Position numbers and translations under genes: made by a program
Part shown: positions 10,653-23,609 of the stretch, piece after piece
Layout of the letters: each line of letters opens with the position of its first letter
Numbering within the stretch: position 1 is the first letter of the stretch
Assembly (NCBI RefSeq): GCF_004010195.1
Contig: NC_057759.1
Coordinates: 3,462,376 to 3,497,698 of the forward strand
DNA from: Chiloscyllium plagiosum
Taxonomy: Eukaryota
DNA: 35,323 nt
Direction of reading: 5' to 3'
Notes under the pieces: model-generated
What the model was told of the DNA's origin: nothing
The model's input: the letters and a program-made list of their open reading frames with translations, nothing else
Database searches by the model: none

Positions 10653-12536
10653 CTGTAAAAAAAAGTGTACTACACCGTCCTTACTGTTGTTGGTGCTCCT
10701 GGTAAGTCTTGGTGCACTTCTGTTGTAAAAATGTGTGCATTTAACTCATGCGTGATTTCACTCCACGACTGATTATTTTTTTTTCCATTTACCTAGACAA
10801 ACGATAATGTCAGATGATAGTTCCCTTACTTACTACGTTTAAAGCAAATAGTTGGTCAGTTTGAACCCCCCCCCCCCCCCCCCTCTGTAATATGCAGTAT
10901 TGACTGTTTCTTTATACTGTGCGGGATCGCTTTGCACTGAGGCCTCGTTAATGAAATTTGGCTTACTGCAGTCCCTCGCTGGTTTGGTTTAGCAAGACTA
11001 CTCACTCTCTGTAGTAGTTCAAAGCCAGCTATCGGCCAGACAGGTCTTTTGTATTAACAAACCACCGCTTAGTGACACCTGGTGTTTCCCATTCCTTGAT
11101 GTAAAGACATTTTGTTGGTGACATCTGCTCAGGCAGCTTGATCCAAATTGGAGCACGGATACAACGTGGCCTATGGTAGGTGGAACACGCCGTTTTGGAG
11201 TGATACATGATGCTCAGCATGGATGGCTTTGACTATCCTATGTGTTTTTGTTAGTCATGGATGGGTAGAGACATGATATGTATAAGGACAGATTATTGGG
11301 TTAATACAAGTACCCAATGTGTGTTATTAGCATACGCAGTTAGCACTGCAAAACTGTGTTGCATAATTTCTTACGATAGAAAATCAAGCTCACCTGTAGC
11401 TCACAACCACTCAGCATTATCTGGTGGTTTATGGAGTGTTATGTACTTTTGAATCAGATCTCCAGGAATCAGTGAAGGTATTACTGATTGTGGAATTATA
11501 CTGAATGGGGATCACAAAACTCAGCATGGACATCTGCTTGCTGTGGCCTTATGTTGCTAAGAGGGTTTATCATTGTAGAATTATAGTGCGTGTGGGTATC
11601 TGCTCGAATAGGAACATCTGACTCAGTACTCTTGCTTCTATGTGGTATCCGTAAATGTAGCATCTGGTTAGGTTTATGGCAGGAATGGGAGAATACCCGT
11701 TACCTCGACTGGAAATTGTGTTTGGAGTGCCTTTCACTCCATAACTGTTGTGCATGTGAGTCATTAGCCTGAAGGCAACTCCCAATTGCACAGGGAATGA
11801 GATTCAGTTAGCATCTTCCAATTAGAATCTTTCAGTGGCACAGGTTCCTAGTCAAAGGGACTAGGAACTAGCCCAAGTGTTACTGTTAGGCTCTCTCAAA
11901 ATAAAGTTATACTATATGGGGATTAATAACTGGAGGGGAACAATTTACCCCAATGAGTTTGTACAAGTTGAATTTAACTGTTTGTGGTGAAATAAATTAA
12001 AGGCAGAATCTGACTTCGTTCATAACTAGGACCATAAATTTATCGAAATCATTCAATGTTTCTTTTATATTACATTTCTCGTTTCTGATGTGTTCACTGA
12101 TAGAATTGTCAATGTACCTTGTAAATATGATGGATTGCAAATGGGAAAAATCGTTAGTTGCATATATTCAATCCTGAATTTACAAAGCACAATATTTCAT
12201 TGGGGATACACAGTTGCAAAATATTTGCATAAAATGACGATAACAGAACAGTAGTGTTAATTCAATCATTTGTCCTATGGACATATAATGTTTAATTAAA
12301 AAATATGTTGGGACTACTAAATATTCCAGCATGGTTAGGTAAGTTCTGCATCATGGCTACCCTATTTCATTATAGAGACTTTAATAAAGATGGATCTAGA
12401 TCAACAAGTATTGAAAATATTTCTCATCTGTATCTGATTCGATTTTGATTAACAATGTTTGGATTGGTAATTCATAATTTATTGACGCTTGATTTTACAG
12501 TGATCTGTGTCCTTTATTTGTGGTTTGCATCTTTGT

Positions 12537-12995
12537 GAGGACAAGGCTAAATGAGGAGCTTCTTTTAAGTAAGTATCTGAAATTCACTTCACCTGAGGAA
12601 GGAGCAGTGCTCTAAAAGCTTGTGACTTCAAATAAACTTGTTGGACTATAACCTGGCATTGTGTGACTTCATAACTGACTTGACTCAAGAGAGACTGCAG
12701 ACCCAAGCAATGTGATAGACTCCCAACTGCTCTTTGAAAATGACCTTGCAAGCCATTGACTTGTACCTAACCATTCACAGTGCGAATGTATCTGCATCAG
12801 ATCAAGAAAGTGGTTCACCTCCACCTTCCCAAGGACAATTAGGTATGGTCAACAAATGTTGGCCTTGCCAGAAATGGCCATATCTCATGAGAATGCAAAT
12901 ATTATTGAAAATGGCAATTACCCTTTCTCTTATTTTAATGGTAATGAATTTGTAATGCCATTTGAAGGTATTAATAGGGGAATAACTAACATACT
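12537..12995 (+). repeat. 459 bp direct repeat, copy 1
   Basis: Matches 13428-13886; I see only one substitution. Contains a family B tail and a SINE/LINE 3' relic. Confidence 0.95.
12589..12625 (+). ncRNA. Minimal hammerhead-like motif, family B (second copy 13480-13516)
   Basis: Stem I TCAC/GTGA, CTGAGGA, stem II GAGC-AGT-GCTC, AAAA (mutated GAAA), palindromic AGCT stem III. Confidence 0.55.
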
Positions 12996-13039
12996 GACTG
13001 CATTAGAAACATCAATGGAGAGGTTTAAAATGGCAATAG

Positions 13040-13440
13040 ATCAGGACTTCAGCAGCAAGTGAGCCATGACAGGGATTGTGTTGAGTGTTTTTATAGAGGT
13101 GGAAATAGATGGTCTTAGCTATGTCATGACTGTATAGTTGGAAGCACACCTCAGAACTAAATATAATACAAGTCTGGTTTGGCATCAGATGGTTGACTGG
13201 CAGAGTGCTAATATCAGTGGCCAGGGAATGGATATTGTGAGAAGGACTAGGGACAGTGATGGTGACTCTTTCAAGGACTTCATTAAGGATGAAATTTCTG
13301 CTCAGCCAATTCTGTCAGACATGCAGTCTACTCATTTGGAGATGGCGAAGGAAGTTTTGGACATGTGGAACTTACCATTGCTCTTAGATGTTGTCACCAA
13401 AGGACAGTAGATGAATGTGAAATTGGAGAGGACAAGGCTA
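13040..13440 (-). mobile_element. Old L2-like LINE RT relic
   Basis: Reverse strand at 13360-13437 gives PLQFHIHLLSFGDNI...KFHM, resembling L2 PLLFxIYMLPLGDII...FHMYADD. Confidence 0.55.
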
Positions 13441-13886
13441 AATGAGGAGCTTCTTTTAAGTAAGTATCTGAAATTCACTTCACCTGAGGAAGGAGCAGTG
13501 CTCTAAAAGCTTGTGACTTCAAATAAACTTGTTGGACTATAACCTGGCATTGTGTGACTTCATAACTGACTTGACTCAAGAGAGACTGCAGACCCAAGCA
13601 ATGTGATAGACTCCCAACTGCTCTTTGAAAATGACCTTGCAAGCCATTGACTTGTACCTAACCATTCACAGTGCGAATGTATCTGCACCAGATCAAGAAA
13701 GTGGTTCACCTCCACCTTCCCAAGGACAATTAGGTATGGTCAACAAATGTTGGCCTTGCCAGAAATGGCCATATCTCATGAGAATGCAAATATTATTGAA
13801 AATGGCAATTACCCTTTCTCTTATTTTAATGGTAATGAATTTGTAATGCCATTTGAAGGTATTAATAGGGGAATAACTAACATACT
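13428..13886 (+). repeat. 459 bp direct repeat, copy 2
   Basis: Offset 891 bp from copy 1. Confidence 0.95.
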
Positions 13887-14899
13887 AATCTAGCAACTGG
13901 ATTGCAAATAAATGTGAATAACTTTCATCTTTTGTTGCAGAATTAAATTCACTCCTTGAAATGTTTTATTTTTCTGCCATGAAGAATTGATTGAAGAGAA
14001 GTAAGAAGATGATTTGTGATAGAATTTATACTCCTGTGGGCTACTGCCAAGATAAAAGCCAATAGCTCTTTTCATATGAACATTACAGAATGTGATGCTA
14101 TTTATAGTTTCATCCAAGTGCAGTTAGAGTAGAGAAAAGTTGCTGGGAGTTGTCTCTTTGAATAGTTTTTTTTTCTGAAATAGCTTCAATTGCAAAGTAG
14201 TGAGGGTGGTATTGGAAAGGAAGTCTAAATAATTGCAGGCATCCTTAGACAGCAATATTTGTTACATTGGAGAACAGTAGAAAAATAGTAAATGTATTCT
14301 TTATAAATGGGCTTACCTTTCCAAAATAGTTTTCAATTTACAGTATTCTGCACAGACTGATTTTACTGGGCAATGGTGGATGTGAGAAAATTCTATTGAG
14401 TAAGTAGCATAATTGAGGCTCCAATAAAGGTTGTGGGATATGATAAGCTGAACTTAATACCAAGGTCTTTCACATCAGTGAACGAATGTCTCATGGGAGA
14501 GAAATGGAAAGAATGTGTTTATTTCTTCCGCCTTACAGTAAAATAGCACGACATATTGCTTGGTTGAAAACGTCAAAGATAATTAACCTAGAGAATAGAA
14601 AATGAAGTCAGAGAAAAGGCTGAAAATTGATTTGCTGCTGTTTTTGAGCATGGCACTTTTGGTTCATGATCTGCTCACTGCTGGTCATGGGCAACGATGC
14701 CATTTCACTTTCCCAAATGCTGAATTTCCTGGGTTGCCAGCTGCCACTACCCTCTGCAGGAAGTTGCGTAGTATTGTGCTCAGGGAACTGAGTACAGTCA
14801 GCTTTCTGTTGTTAACAGCGAATTATCTCTCTAAAAGGGAAGCTGCACTGATTTATAAGCTATGTAATATTACTGCAATTCTAAACAAGTGACAAATTA

Positions 14900-15090
14900 A
14901 AGAGAGGCCTTCAGGGATGCAGGTGAAACGTGGAGGCCTTAGCACTGGAGGTAAACATGAAGAGAGATACTACAGTTCTGCAGGAAGCTCTTGAGAGCCA
15001 CCCTCAGAAGGGAATGAAAGCAGCTGGTCAGGAGACTCAGTCTTCATCATTCAGACCCAAGAGCAGGGCAACAGAATCTTGAAAAGTCTA
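14900..15090 (+). mobile_element. Possible Harbinger-type Myb/SANT relic
   Basis: FRDA then, after a frameshift, VEALALEVNMKRD, resembling FSDxxLExLVxEVxxRRD. Weak. Confidence 0.2.
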
Positions 15091-15299
15091 ATAGCCTCAA
15101 GGATTGTCAAAGTTTGTGAATGTATCTTTCACTGCAGCTTAGGCGTCAGGTCCTTTAAATAACTCTTTTGCTGGGCTCTTCTTGTTGCTGACTCCTCGAT
15201 CATTGTTAAGTGGTGCATGAAATTGTTGAATGTACCAGTGAGGTGCTAATTAGAAAAATTAGAGTTCTGTCAGTAAGGCAGTATGCCCCCCCACATACA

Positions 15300-15630
15300 A
15301 TGTATCTCTATCCAATGTTCCATCTGGCAGTGCACTTCAAATCCTAACCAATCATTTTATAATGAGCTTTTCATCATTTAGCTTCCACTTCTGTTCCCAA
15401 TCCCTCTAAATCTATGCAGTCTAATTATTGATCCTTTAGCCACTGGAAACCATTTCTCTTTACTTATTCATGATTCTAAAAGCTTTTGCAAAATCCCTAT
15501 TGGCTTTCTCTCTCCCAAAGAGAACAATACTTGATTCTTCAGCCTATCCTGATAACTGAAACCACTTGTCCCTTTCAGCAAATCTCTTCCGTACCCCACC
15601 TAACACATTCACATTCCTCTTAAAATTATG
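15300..15630 (-). mobile_element. Old CR1-like LINE 3' fragment
   Basis: Degenerate reverse-strand match to a CR1 ORF2 C-terminus. Confidence 0.55.
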
Positions 15631-16656
15631 AAGGATGTTGTTCTGTGATTTATTATGTTAGTCTGCATAACATAATATACAGCATCTTGAGTCAAGAATC
15701 TGAAGTTTATGGTATGGACGATACTGGCTAATCCAAAATGGAGGATGGAAAAAGAAATTGTGGCTGTAAGAGCTGCTTTTTTGGAGTTTTTTTTTTGCTT
15801 ATTTTCAGTGTTGGAGGTGATTTTCTCGAATTCTAGGAGCAGCAATTATTGCATTATTTTGGAACTTTAGGGAAAAAAAATGAAGAAAACAGTTACCCCC
15901 TTAATCGAAGAAGGAGAGACAAAGTCTGGACCACATGGTCAGTGAATTAAAGGAGAAAGAAAACTACACTGCTGTCTGACACAGCTATTTATTTTAATAT
16001 TCGAGTTGAAATATTGCTTGACATCAGAGTGTGTCAAGAAAAATAACAAATAGCGAAATTCACAGCTGACATTGCAGGAACCCATGTGACAGAGCTCACA
16101 ACAGTGAAGTGAATAGTTTTAAAGTGTTTCAACTAAAACCACGCTTACCTTATTTGTATGTCTACGATAGTGAGTAGTGATTTCTTTTGTCATGATATGT
16201 GTTATTGAGATCTGTCTCTTGATTAAAATAAATAAAAGACATTTGTACTAAAGAAGCCTGGAGCAGTATTTTTTGTCAGAGTAATAACTCTGTGCTATAT
16301 TCTGCGTCTGTAAATTGTTAAGGTGAAAAGATGGCTTTCAGTAGAGTAATGTGCTCTTCGTGTTGGATGTGCGAGAATAGGGAAAGTGCTATTCATGAGT
16401 ATCTGTGCAGATCACATGGATCCATTGGAGCAGCAGTTCGAGGCAATGAGGAATTTACTGGAGCTAGGGGGTGTGTTAGTTATGGGAAAAAAAACAGCAG
16501 ATATAGTCAGGTAGATGGGTTACCTCCAGAAAAGTTAAGAAAAAGAGGCAAGTTGTATGGGAATCTCATATGGCTATCTACAGCTCAAACAAGTACGATG
16601 CTTGGGAAATATGATGTAATCTTGGGGGAATGTAGCACTGACTGTAACTGGCACCA

Positions 16657-16948
16657 TTAGATTAGATTAGATTACTGACAGCGTGGAAACAGGCCCTTCA
16701 GCCCAACAAATCCACACCGACTCGCCGAAGTGCAACCCATACCCCTACATTTACCCCTATACCTAACACTACGGGCAATTTAGCATGGCCAATTCACCTG
16801 TGGGAGGAAACCGGAGCACCCGGGGGAAACCCACGCAGACACAGGGAGAATGTGCAAACGCCACACAGTCAGTCGCCTGAGTCGGGAATTGAACCCGGGT
16901 CTCTGGCGCTGTGAGGCAGCAGTGCTAACTGCTGTGCCACCGTGCCAC
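16657..16948 (-). mobile_element. HE1-type SINE inserted in CR1 ORF1
   Basis: Head GGCACGGTGGCACAGCAGTTAGC...GGTTCAATTCC and a (TCTAA)n tail. Confidence 0.92.
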
Positions 16949-17237
16949 ACATCAAGACTGGTTCTAATGTACCAAGAGATGTGTCAAGTTCCACGCAATC
17001 GATTGTGATAGGGGACTCTCCAGTCAGATATTTCTGTGGCGGACAGCAACAAATCAGAATTGTCTGCTGCCTCCCTGGTGCCAGGATCATGGATATCTCA
17101 GAAAGAATGCAGAATGCTCTCAAACAGAGTGAAATCAGCAGGAGATTTTTATACACAACGAACTAATGACAGAGGAAGGGGAAAAGTATGAGTTCTTGAA
17201 GGGAGAATCTAAGAAGAAAAGCAGGAATTTAAAAAGG

Positions 17238-17344
17238 AGGCATTTGACAAGGTTCCTCATGAGCGGCTGATGAGTAAGTTTAGATCCCATGGAATACGGG
17301 GAGAAATAGCCATTTGGATACAGAACTGGCTCGAAGGTAGAAGA
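17238..17344 (+). mobile_element. Internal CR1 RT fragment inserted in ORF1
   Basis: AFDKVPHERLMSKFRSHGIRGEIAIWIQNWLEGRR lies between the ORF1 motifs GRNLKRR and VISGLL. Confidence 0.85.
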
Positions 17345-20300
17345 TGCTCGTAATTTCTGGATTACTCACGTTGTTATGAATTAGTGAGGGTAGAATAGAG
17401 CAGATGAATGGTTGGCTGAGGAGCTGGTTCAGGGGAGAAGGGTTCACGTTTTGGATTATTCAAATCTTTTATGCGGTAGACATAACCCGTATAAGAATAG
17501 ATTGCAATGAATTGGAACGGGAATACTGTATTTGCCGGGGCATTTGCTAGAGCTGCTCTGAAGGATTTAAATTGTTATGGTGCAGGAATGGGACCTACTG
17601 AGATAATGGCAAAAGAGATCAGTCTGAGACAGGTACATTTGGGAAACAGAGCAATTTAAACAGTGAGGGCAGGCAGGAACAAAGAAGAGATTGAGATAAG
17701 ACTGAAGAATTAAACTGCATTTATTACAATGCAAGAGACCGAACAAGGAAGGCAGATGAACTCAAAGCACGAAAAGGAATATGGTACTGGGATATCATAG
17801 CAATTACAAAGGTATGGCTCAGGGATGGGCAGGACTGACAGTTTAATGTTCTAGGAGACAATGCTAAAGGGAGAATAAAAAAACGGGGCCAAGAGAGGAG
17901 GGGGTGTGGAATATCCTCCTTAAGTGCTGTTGTACTTAGGGAGGATATTCCTGGGAATGCATCCAGGGAAATTATTTGGGTGGAACTGATAAATAAGAAA
18001 AGCAAGATTATCTTATTGGGTTTGGACTATAGACCCGCCAATGCAGTAATCAGTGTGAATTTGAGAACCAAATTTGGAAGGAGATCTTATTTATTTGGAA
18101 GAACAATAGGGTGGTTACGGTAGGGAATGTTGACTATCCAAACACAGACTGGGACTGCCAGGTTTTACAGGTTTAGATGGAAAGTGCGTAAAATATTTTT
18201 TTTATTCAGTATGTGGATGTACCTACTAGAGAAGGTGCACATCTTGACCTACTCTTGGGAAATTATGCAGAACAGGTGACTGAGGTGTCAGTGGAGGAGC
18301 ACTTTCGGACTAGAGACTATAATTCTATTAGTCTTAAAATAGTGATGGAAGAGGCTAGACTGGATCTAAAAGGTTAAGTACTAAATTGTCGGAAGGCCAA
18401 CTTTGATGGCATTAGGAAAGAACTTTCAACAGCCGATTGGGGGCAGATGTTCACCAGTAAAATAAGGGCGGGAAAGTATGCTGCCTTCAAAAGTTAGGTA
18501 ACAAGAATCCAGAGATAATATATTCCTGTTAAGATGAAGGACAAAGCTTGATGACTGGAGGAATTGAGGTGTCAGTCAAGAAAAAATAAGAAACATATTT
18601 CTGGTACAGAACGTAGAGATCGAGTGAATCCTTTCAAGCATATAAAGGCAATAGGAATACACCTAAGACGGAAATCAGGAGGGCAAAAGGGCAAATGAGG
18701 TAACTTTGGTAAATAGGGCCAAGGAATGCCCAAAGCGAGTTTATATATACATTAAGGACAAAAAAGTAACTAGGCAGAGAGTAGGGCCCCTCAAAGGGCA
18801 GCAAGATATTCTATGTATGGAACTGGAGGAGATTGGGGAGATACTGTATGAGTACTTTGCATCAATGATTACTGTTAAAAAGGAGATTGCAGATATAGAA
18901 TGTGGGGAAATATAAGTGACAACTTGAAAAATACCCATATTACAGAGGAGGAGATGCTTGACGTCTGAAATGCATTAAGGTGGAGAATTTCCCAGGTCCT
19001 TATCAGGTGTATGCTAAAACTCGGTGGGAAGCTAGGGAAGTGATTGCTGGGCACCATGTAACATATTTATATCATCAATAATCACAGGTGAGGTGCTAGA
19101 AGACTGGAGGTTGGCTACCATGGTGCCACTTGTTAAAAGAAATGTAGTAAAGTGAAGCCAGGACACTGTAGACCGGTGAGCCTGGCATCAGTGGTGCACA
19201 AGTTGTTGGAAGGAACCCAAAGCGACAGGATTTACATTTATTATAACAGTTACATTCATTGCAGATAATCAACATGGCTTTGTGCATGGCAAGTCATGTC
19301 TCAATAACTGGATTGAGTTTTTTGAATAAAAAACAAAGTGGATTGATGAGCTCAGAGCAGTGGACGCACTCTATGTGGACCTCAACAAAAGGTTGGAGAA
19401 GATTCCTCATAGGAGACTGGTTAACAAGGTTGAATCTCATGGAATACAGGCAGAACTAGCCGTTTGGAGACAGAACTGTCTCGAAGGTAGAAGGCAGAGG
19501 GTGCTGCTGGAGATTTCTTTTTCAGACTGGAGTCCAGTAACAAGTAGTGTGTCACATGGATCAGTGCTGGATCCATTGCATTTCGTCATTAATGTAAATG
19601 ATTTGAATATGACCATAGAAGACATAGTTAAGAAGTTTGCAGATGAGACTAAAATTGGAAATGTAGTCGACAGCGAAGAAGATAACCTCAGAGTGCAATG
19701 GAATCTTGACTAGGTGGGCCAATGAGCTGAGTTTTGGAAGATGAAGTTTAACTTATATAAAAGCGAGGTGCTGCATTTTGGAAAGATATTTCACGACAGG
19801 ACTTCTGTATTTAATGGTTAAGTCCCAGGGAGTGTTGCTGCACAAAGAAAACTTGGAGTGTAGGTTCATAATTCCTTGAAAGTGGAGTCTCAGGTAGTTA
19901 GGGTAGTAAAAAACGTGTTTGGTTTGTTTTCCTTTAGTTTTCAGAGCTTGACCATAAGTTTTGGGAGGTCATGTTGTGGCTGTACAGGACACTGGTTCGG
20001 CCGCTTTTGCAATATTATGTGCAATTCTGAACTCCGTCCTATAAGAAGAATGTTGTGAAACTTGAAAAAGTTCAAAAAAGATTTATAAGGATATTGCCAG
20101 GATTGGAAGTTTTGAGAAACACGGACTGGCTGAATAGCCTGGTGTTGTTTGGCCTGTAGTGATGGTGGCTGAAGGTTCACCTTACAGATATTTATGCAAT
20201 CATGAGGTGCATCGATAGGAGATGTAGGAAAGCTCTTTTCCCTAGGTTGGGCGTATCGAGAACTAGCGCAAATAGGTTTGGGGTGAGAGGGAAAGATTTA

Positions 20301-20827
20301 AAAGGCACTGAAGGAATAACATGTCTATGCAGAGGATGGTGCATGTCTGGAATGAGCTGGCAGAAGAAGGCTGGTACAATTACAACAGTTAAAAGACATT
20401 TGGATTGGTATATGAATAAGAAGGGTTTAGAGTTATAAGAGCCAAGTGTTGCCAAATGGGACTAAATTAACTTGGATATCTGGTTGGCATGGACATGTCA
20501 GTCCAAAAGCTCTGTTTCCATCTTGCACAACTCTATGACACTATAACGAGGTCATGGTGATTTGTGGCTTAACACCACATTCCTTCATTTGTCACATACC
20601 AATAAATACCTTCATCCTCAATTAGGTTTCAGACTGAAACTCAGTCCACGTTGTGTTATGAAAAACATAAACTTGTTAATTCCACCTATAAAATTCCAGT
20701 CTCTAACTCAGTATAAACTAACTATTTGAATACTAAGTTGGGAGTGGGAACAGAGAAAGCTGGAGTTTAATTTCTACCACGTTCTGTTTCTCTAAAATAA
20801 TTATTTTTATACAGTGTTGCTTTTCAA

Positions 20828-20930
20828 TAAGGCAGCTCACTCCCACCTTCTCAAGGGGTGATCGTAATGGAGAATAAATGCTGGGCCCAGCCAGTGATGT
20901 TCACATTCCATGACCGAATGAAGAAAACAA
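20828..20930 (+). mobile_element. Retroposon 3' tail relic (similar to about 12800-12895)
   Basis: CACCTTCTCAAGGG...AATAAATGCTGG...CCAG...CACAT.CCATGA is shared with the tail inside the 459 bp repeat. Confidence 0.6.
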
Positions 20931-21009
20931 TTTCCCTGTATTCCTAATCAGTCACTGTTCCTGCCACAAAGTCTCCAGAGGAAGCAAGGCTTCCTCACTA
21001 CGCAATCTC

Positions 21010-21475
21010 ACCCCCTGATAATAACTGGCAAACCATCCTAATATTTGCTGACAGTATCACATTAGCTTTCTCTGATTTGTGTACAAAGATCTGGAGAATA
21101 ATGTTAATACTCAATAAGTACTGGAGTAAAAGAGGACGTGGCCCTGATTTCGCTATCTCTCACTCACACTCTCACTCTTTCTCTCTCTCTCTCTCTCTCA
21201 CGCACACACACACACACATACACACAGAGTTACTAATGCACATGGAATGACTAGATAATATTGGGATTTCCAAACATTAAAGTTCCATTAAACGATCCCA
21301 GGATGTCAGATGAACACAGGACAGTCAGGCTCAAGACTCCCCTCCAACTGACACCGAGAGACTTCTGTATTAGCCACCGGATTAGAATCAGACACTATGT
21401 TTGGGAGCAGGACATGGCACATGACATGAGGACAACTGTCCATGTGGATGTTCAGAACCAAAAATCTGACAGAGA
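21010..21475. repeat. Old duplicated segment, copy 1 (copy 2 about 24330-24845)
   Basis: Shared blocks AATAACTGGCA, GATTTGTGTA, AGATCTGGA, (CT)n(CA)nGAGTTA, GTCAGGCTCAAG and ATGTTCAGAACCA in the same order. Confidence 0.85.
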
Positions 21476-21706
21476 GTCAGAACAGAACAGGGAGAATCAA
21501 GCAAATAATTTGTTGTTGAAATTGGGGAGAAGTCCAGTTCTTGCTATGCATGTGTCCACATATAAAATGCATAGCGTAGCATCTTATATGCGGAGAAATA
21601 CAGTTAAATTATTATCTCTTGTTAGATTACACCTTTTCTAAAAAAGAGTTTGGGATATCATCTATATGAAATACAATGCTTCACCTGCCGGGGGAGTGTT
21701 TGGTGG

Positions 21707-21929
21707 GCTGAAAATGTGTTGCTGGAACAGTGCAGCAGGTCAGGTAGCATCCAGGGATCAGGAGAATCGACGTTTCGGGCATAAGCCCTTCTTAGGGCTT
21801 TCCTGAAGAAGGGCTTATGCCCGAAACGTCGATTCTCCTGATCCCTGGATGCTGCCTGACCTGCTGCGCTGTTCCAGCAACACATTTTCAGCTCTGATCT
21901 CCAGCATCTGCAGACCTCACTTTCTCCTC
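21707..21929 (+). mobile_element. Young fold-back short PLE derivative, family A
   Basis: About 90 bp near-perfect inverted arms (21707-21796 and 21802-21892) plus a 3' tail. Candidate TSD GAGTGTTTG(G/A)TGGG at 21694-21707 and 21930-21943. Confidence 0.9.
21798..21835 (+). ncRNA. Minimal type I hammerhead ribozyme motif with intact core
   Basis: CTGAAGA (21803-21809), stem II GGGC-TTAT-GCCC, GAAAC, GTC with predicted cut after 21830. Palindromic ACGT stem III; stem I only about 2 bp. Confidence 0.7.
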
Positions 21930-22092
21930 GAGTGTTTGATGGGGACAGTGTCGATGCAGGTTTACTCAGTATCTAATCGTGTTCTGCTCCTACGCTGAGA
22001 ATATTTGATGCAGATGCAGTCACAGGAACTTTACTGTGTATCCAACCCCATCCTGTGCCTGTCCTGAGAGTGCTTGATGGTGACTTTATTTT

Positions 22093-22700
22093 GGAACATT
22101 AGAACAGGAGACGGTCATTCAACCTCTCGAGCCTGTTCCGTCATTCAAAGGGATCATGGCTGATCTGTGGCTTAACTTCACAGCCCTTCATTTGTCCCTT
22201 CACAATTTTGCTGAATAAGAAATTAACTAAGACGTAAATGGAAGACCCTTTCCTGGATCGACTACTGTTTGTGGAAGAGATTATAAACCTCTCCAATCCT
22301 TTGTTTGTCAGAGCGCTTCCTGACATCTCTCCTGAACGCTCTGGGCCCTCATTCTCAGACTTTGCTCCTTCTTGCTCGAGAAGCTCCAAGCAATCAGAAT
22401 CATTGATCTTGATCTAGCCTGTCGCATCCTGTTTATATCTTGGGGGTTTGATCAGATCACCCCTTAACTCAATTCTAGATGAATCATTTGTACTACCTGG
22501 CCTCAGAATTTAACCCCACAAATTCTGGATTTTTCTTGTAAACCTCCTTTATGGACCCTCTTTGTGAACCAGCTGATCGCAACGCACTTACTCGTAGTTA
22601 ACTCTGTCTGAGGCAGTTTTGTCCATTCACTCATTTTATTAATGTCCCTTTGTAATTTTAACATACCACCTACACTGTCTGCCATGCTGTCTAAATGTAT
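22093..22700 (-). mobile_element. CR1-like LINE 3' fragment
   Basis: KLQRDINKMSEWTKLPQTELTTSKC matches the RT C-terminal motif LQxDxDxLxxWxxxWQMxFNxxKC; 3' UTR follows. Confidence 0.8.
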
Positions 22701-23609
22701 ATCTAACCCCGTGCTGTGCCTGTCCTGGGAGTATTTGGTAAGATTAGTATAGAGGGCGCCTTACTCTGCATCTAGTCTCCATGTTCTGCTGGTCCAGGAG
22801 GGTTTGATGGTGGACAGTGTAAAGGGATCATTACTCTCTATCTAACCCCTTGTTGTGCCTGTCCTTAAAGTGTTCGGTGTGGACAGAGTAGACGAATCTT
22901 TACTCTGTATCTAATCCCATTCTCCCCAGACTGCAGGAGATTCAAATGCAGCAAAGGTAGAGGGGCAGATAATTTGTATGTAACCAGTGATGGAGCTGGG
23001 CTAAGTGTGATTGATGGGACTAGGATGGGGGAAGTGGGTGATGTAATCAATATGTAACTCCATTTCTAACATAGCCTGGGAATCTGAAATGCTGCAGGAG
23101 AGAGGTAGATTTACTTTATTTCTAACCACATTCTCTACCTTCCCAGGAAATTTGGATGGGGCACTTTAGTTATGGGGCGGGGGGGTGGGTGGTCTGGTGA
23201 AATGAGAGATGAATTGAAATAATGTGAGATGTGAAGTCATGCTTGATGGAAGTTAGACTGAAGACAAGATAAACTAAACGTTCAAATGTTAAATTGGGCG
23301 CAACAACACAGAACGATGTTGGTTCTATTCTGTTCTGTTACATATCTCCATGTTTCAGTCTGTGGCTCAAATACTGTCACTGTGCACAATGTCTCAAAGG
23401 TTATTTCTGTCTACATTGATGTACTATAGAAATATGAATTATCTTTGTAGACGTAGGAAATGGACACAGCTCTTTGATGATGATTAAAATGCAAGTTCCA
23501 GAACTTGTTTACAGTAAATGCCTGAGATAAACGCACATTTTATCAATGCTGCCGACTTTCCAAGCTTGAATCGTCAGAAAGATTGGAATAGATAAACACA
23601 GAAACAACT

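Larger units (their letters stand above)
15760..20545 (+). mobile_element. Near full-length decayed CR1 LINE (5' UTR, ORF1 zinc finger plus esterase, ORF2 APE-RT, tail)
   Basis: ORF1 MAFSRVMCSSCWM (16331), IVIGDS and VCCLPGARI. APE LNCIYYNAR, DIIAITKVWL, YRPA, PTREGAHLDLLLGN. RT SVSHGSVLDP, KFADETKIG. Tail CTCTATGACACTAT. Many stops. The 5' boundary is approximate. Confidence 0.92.
21685..23170. repeat. Degenerate minisatellite of about 70 bp, interrupted by a PLE hairpin and a LINE
   Basis: Recurrent CTTTACTCTGTATCTAACCCC...GGGAGTGTTTGATGGGGACAGTG at 21685-22085 and 22700-23170. Confidence 0.8.

Noticed and set aside
10634..10707. Plus-strand VYYTVLTVVGAP followed by G|GTAAGT, resembling exon 1 of GPR139-like receptors
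   Set aside because: Needs an ATA start and a frameshift, no second exon was found, and the A-run is better explained as the pyrimidine tract of the minus-strand dynein-like acceptor. Not fully excluded.
11040..11770. Possible exons in unique-looking sequence on either strand
   Set aside because: Splice-like sites exist but no recognisable protein motif or consistent frame was found.
12537..13886. Direct repeats as LTRs of a TRIM-like element
   Set aside because: No TG...CA ends, PBS, PPT or TSD; the repeats are mosaics of other retroposon relics.
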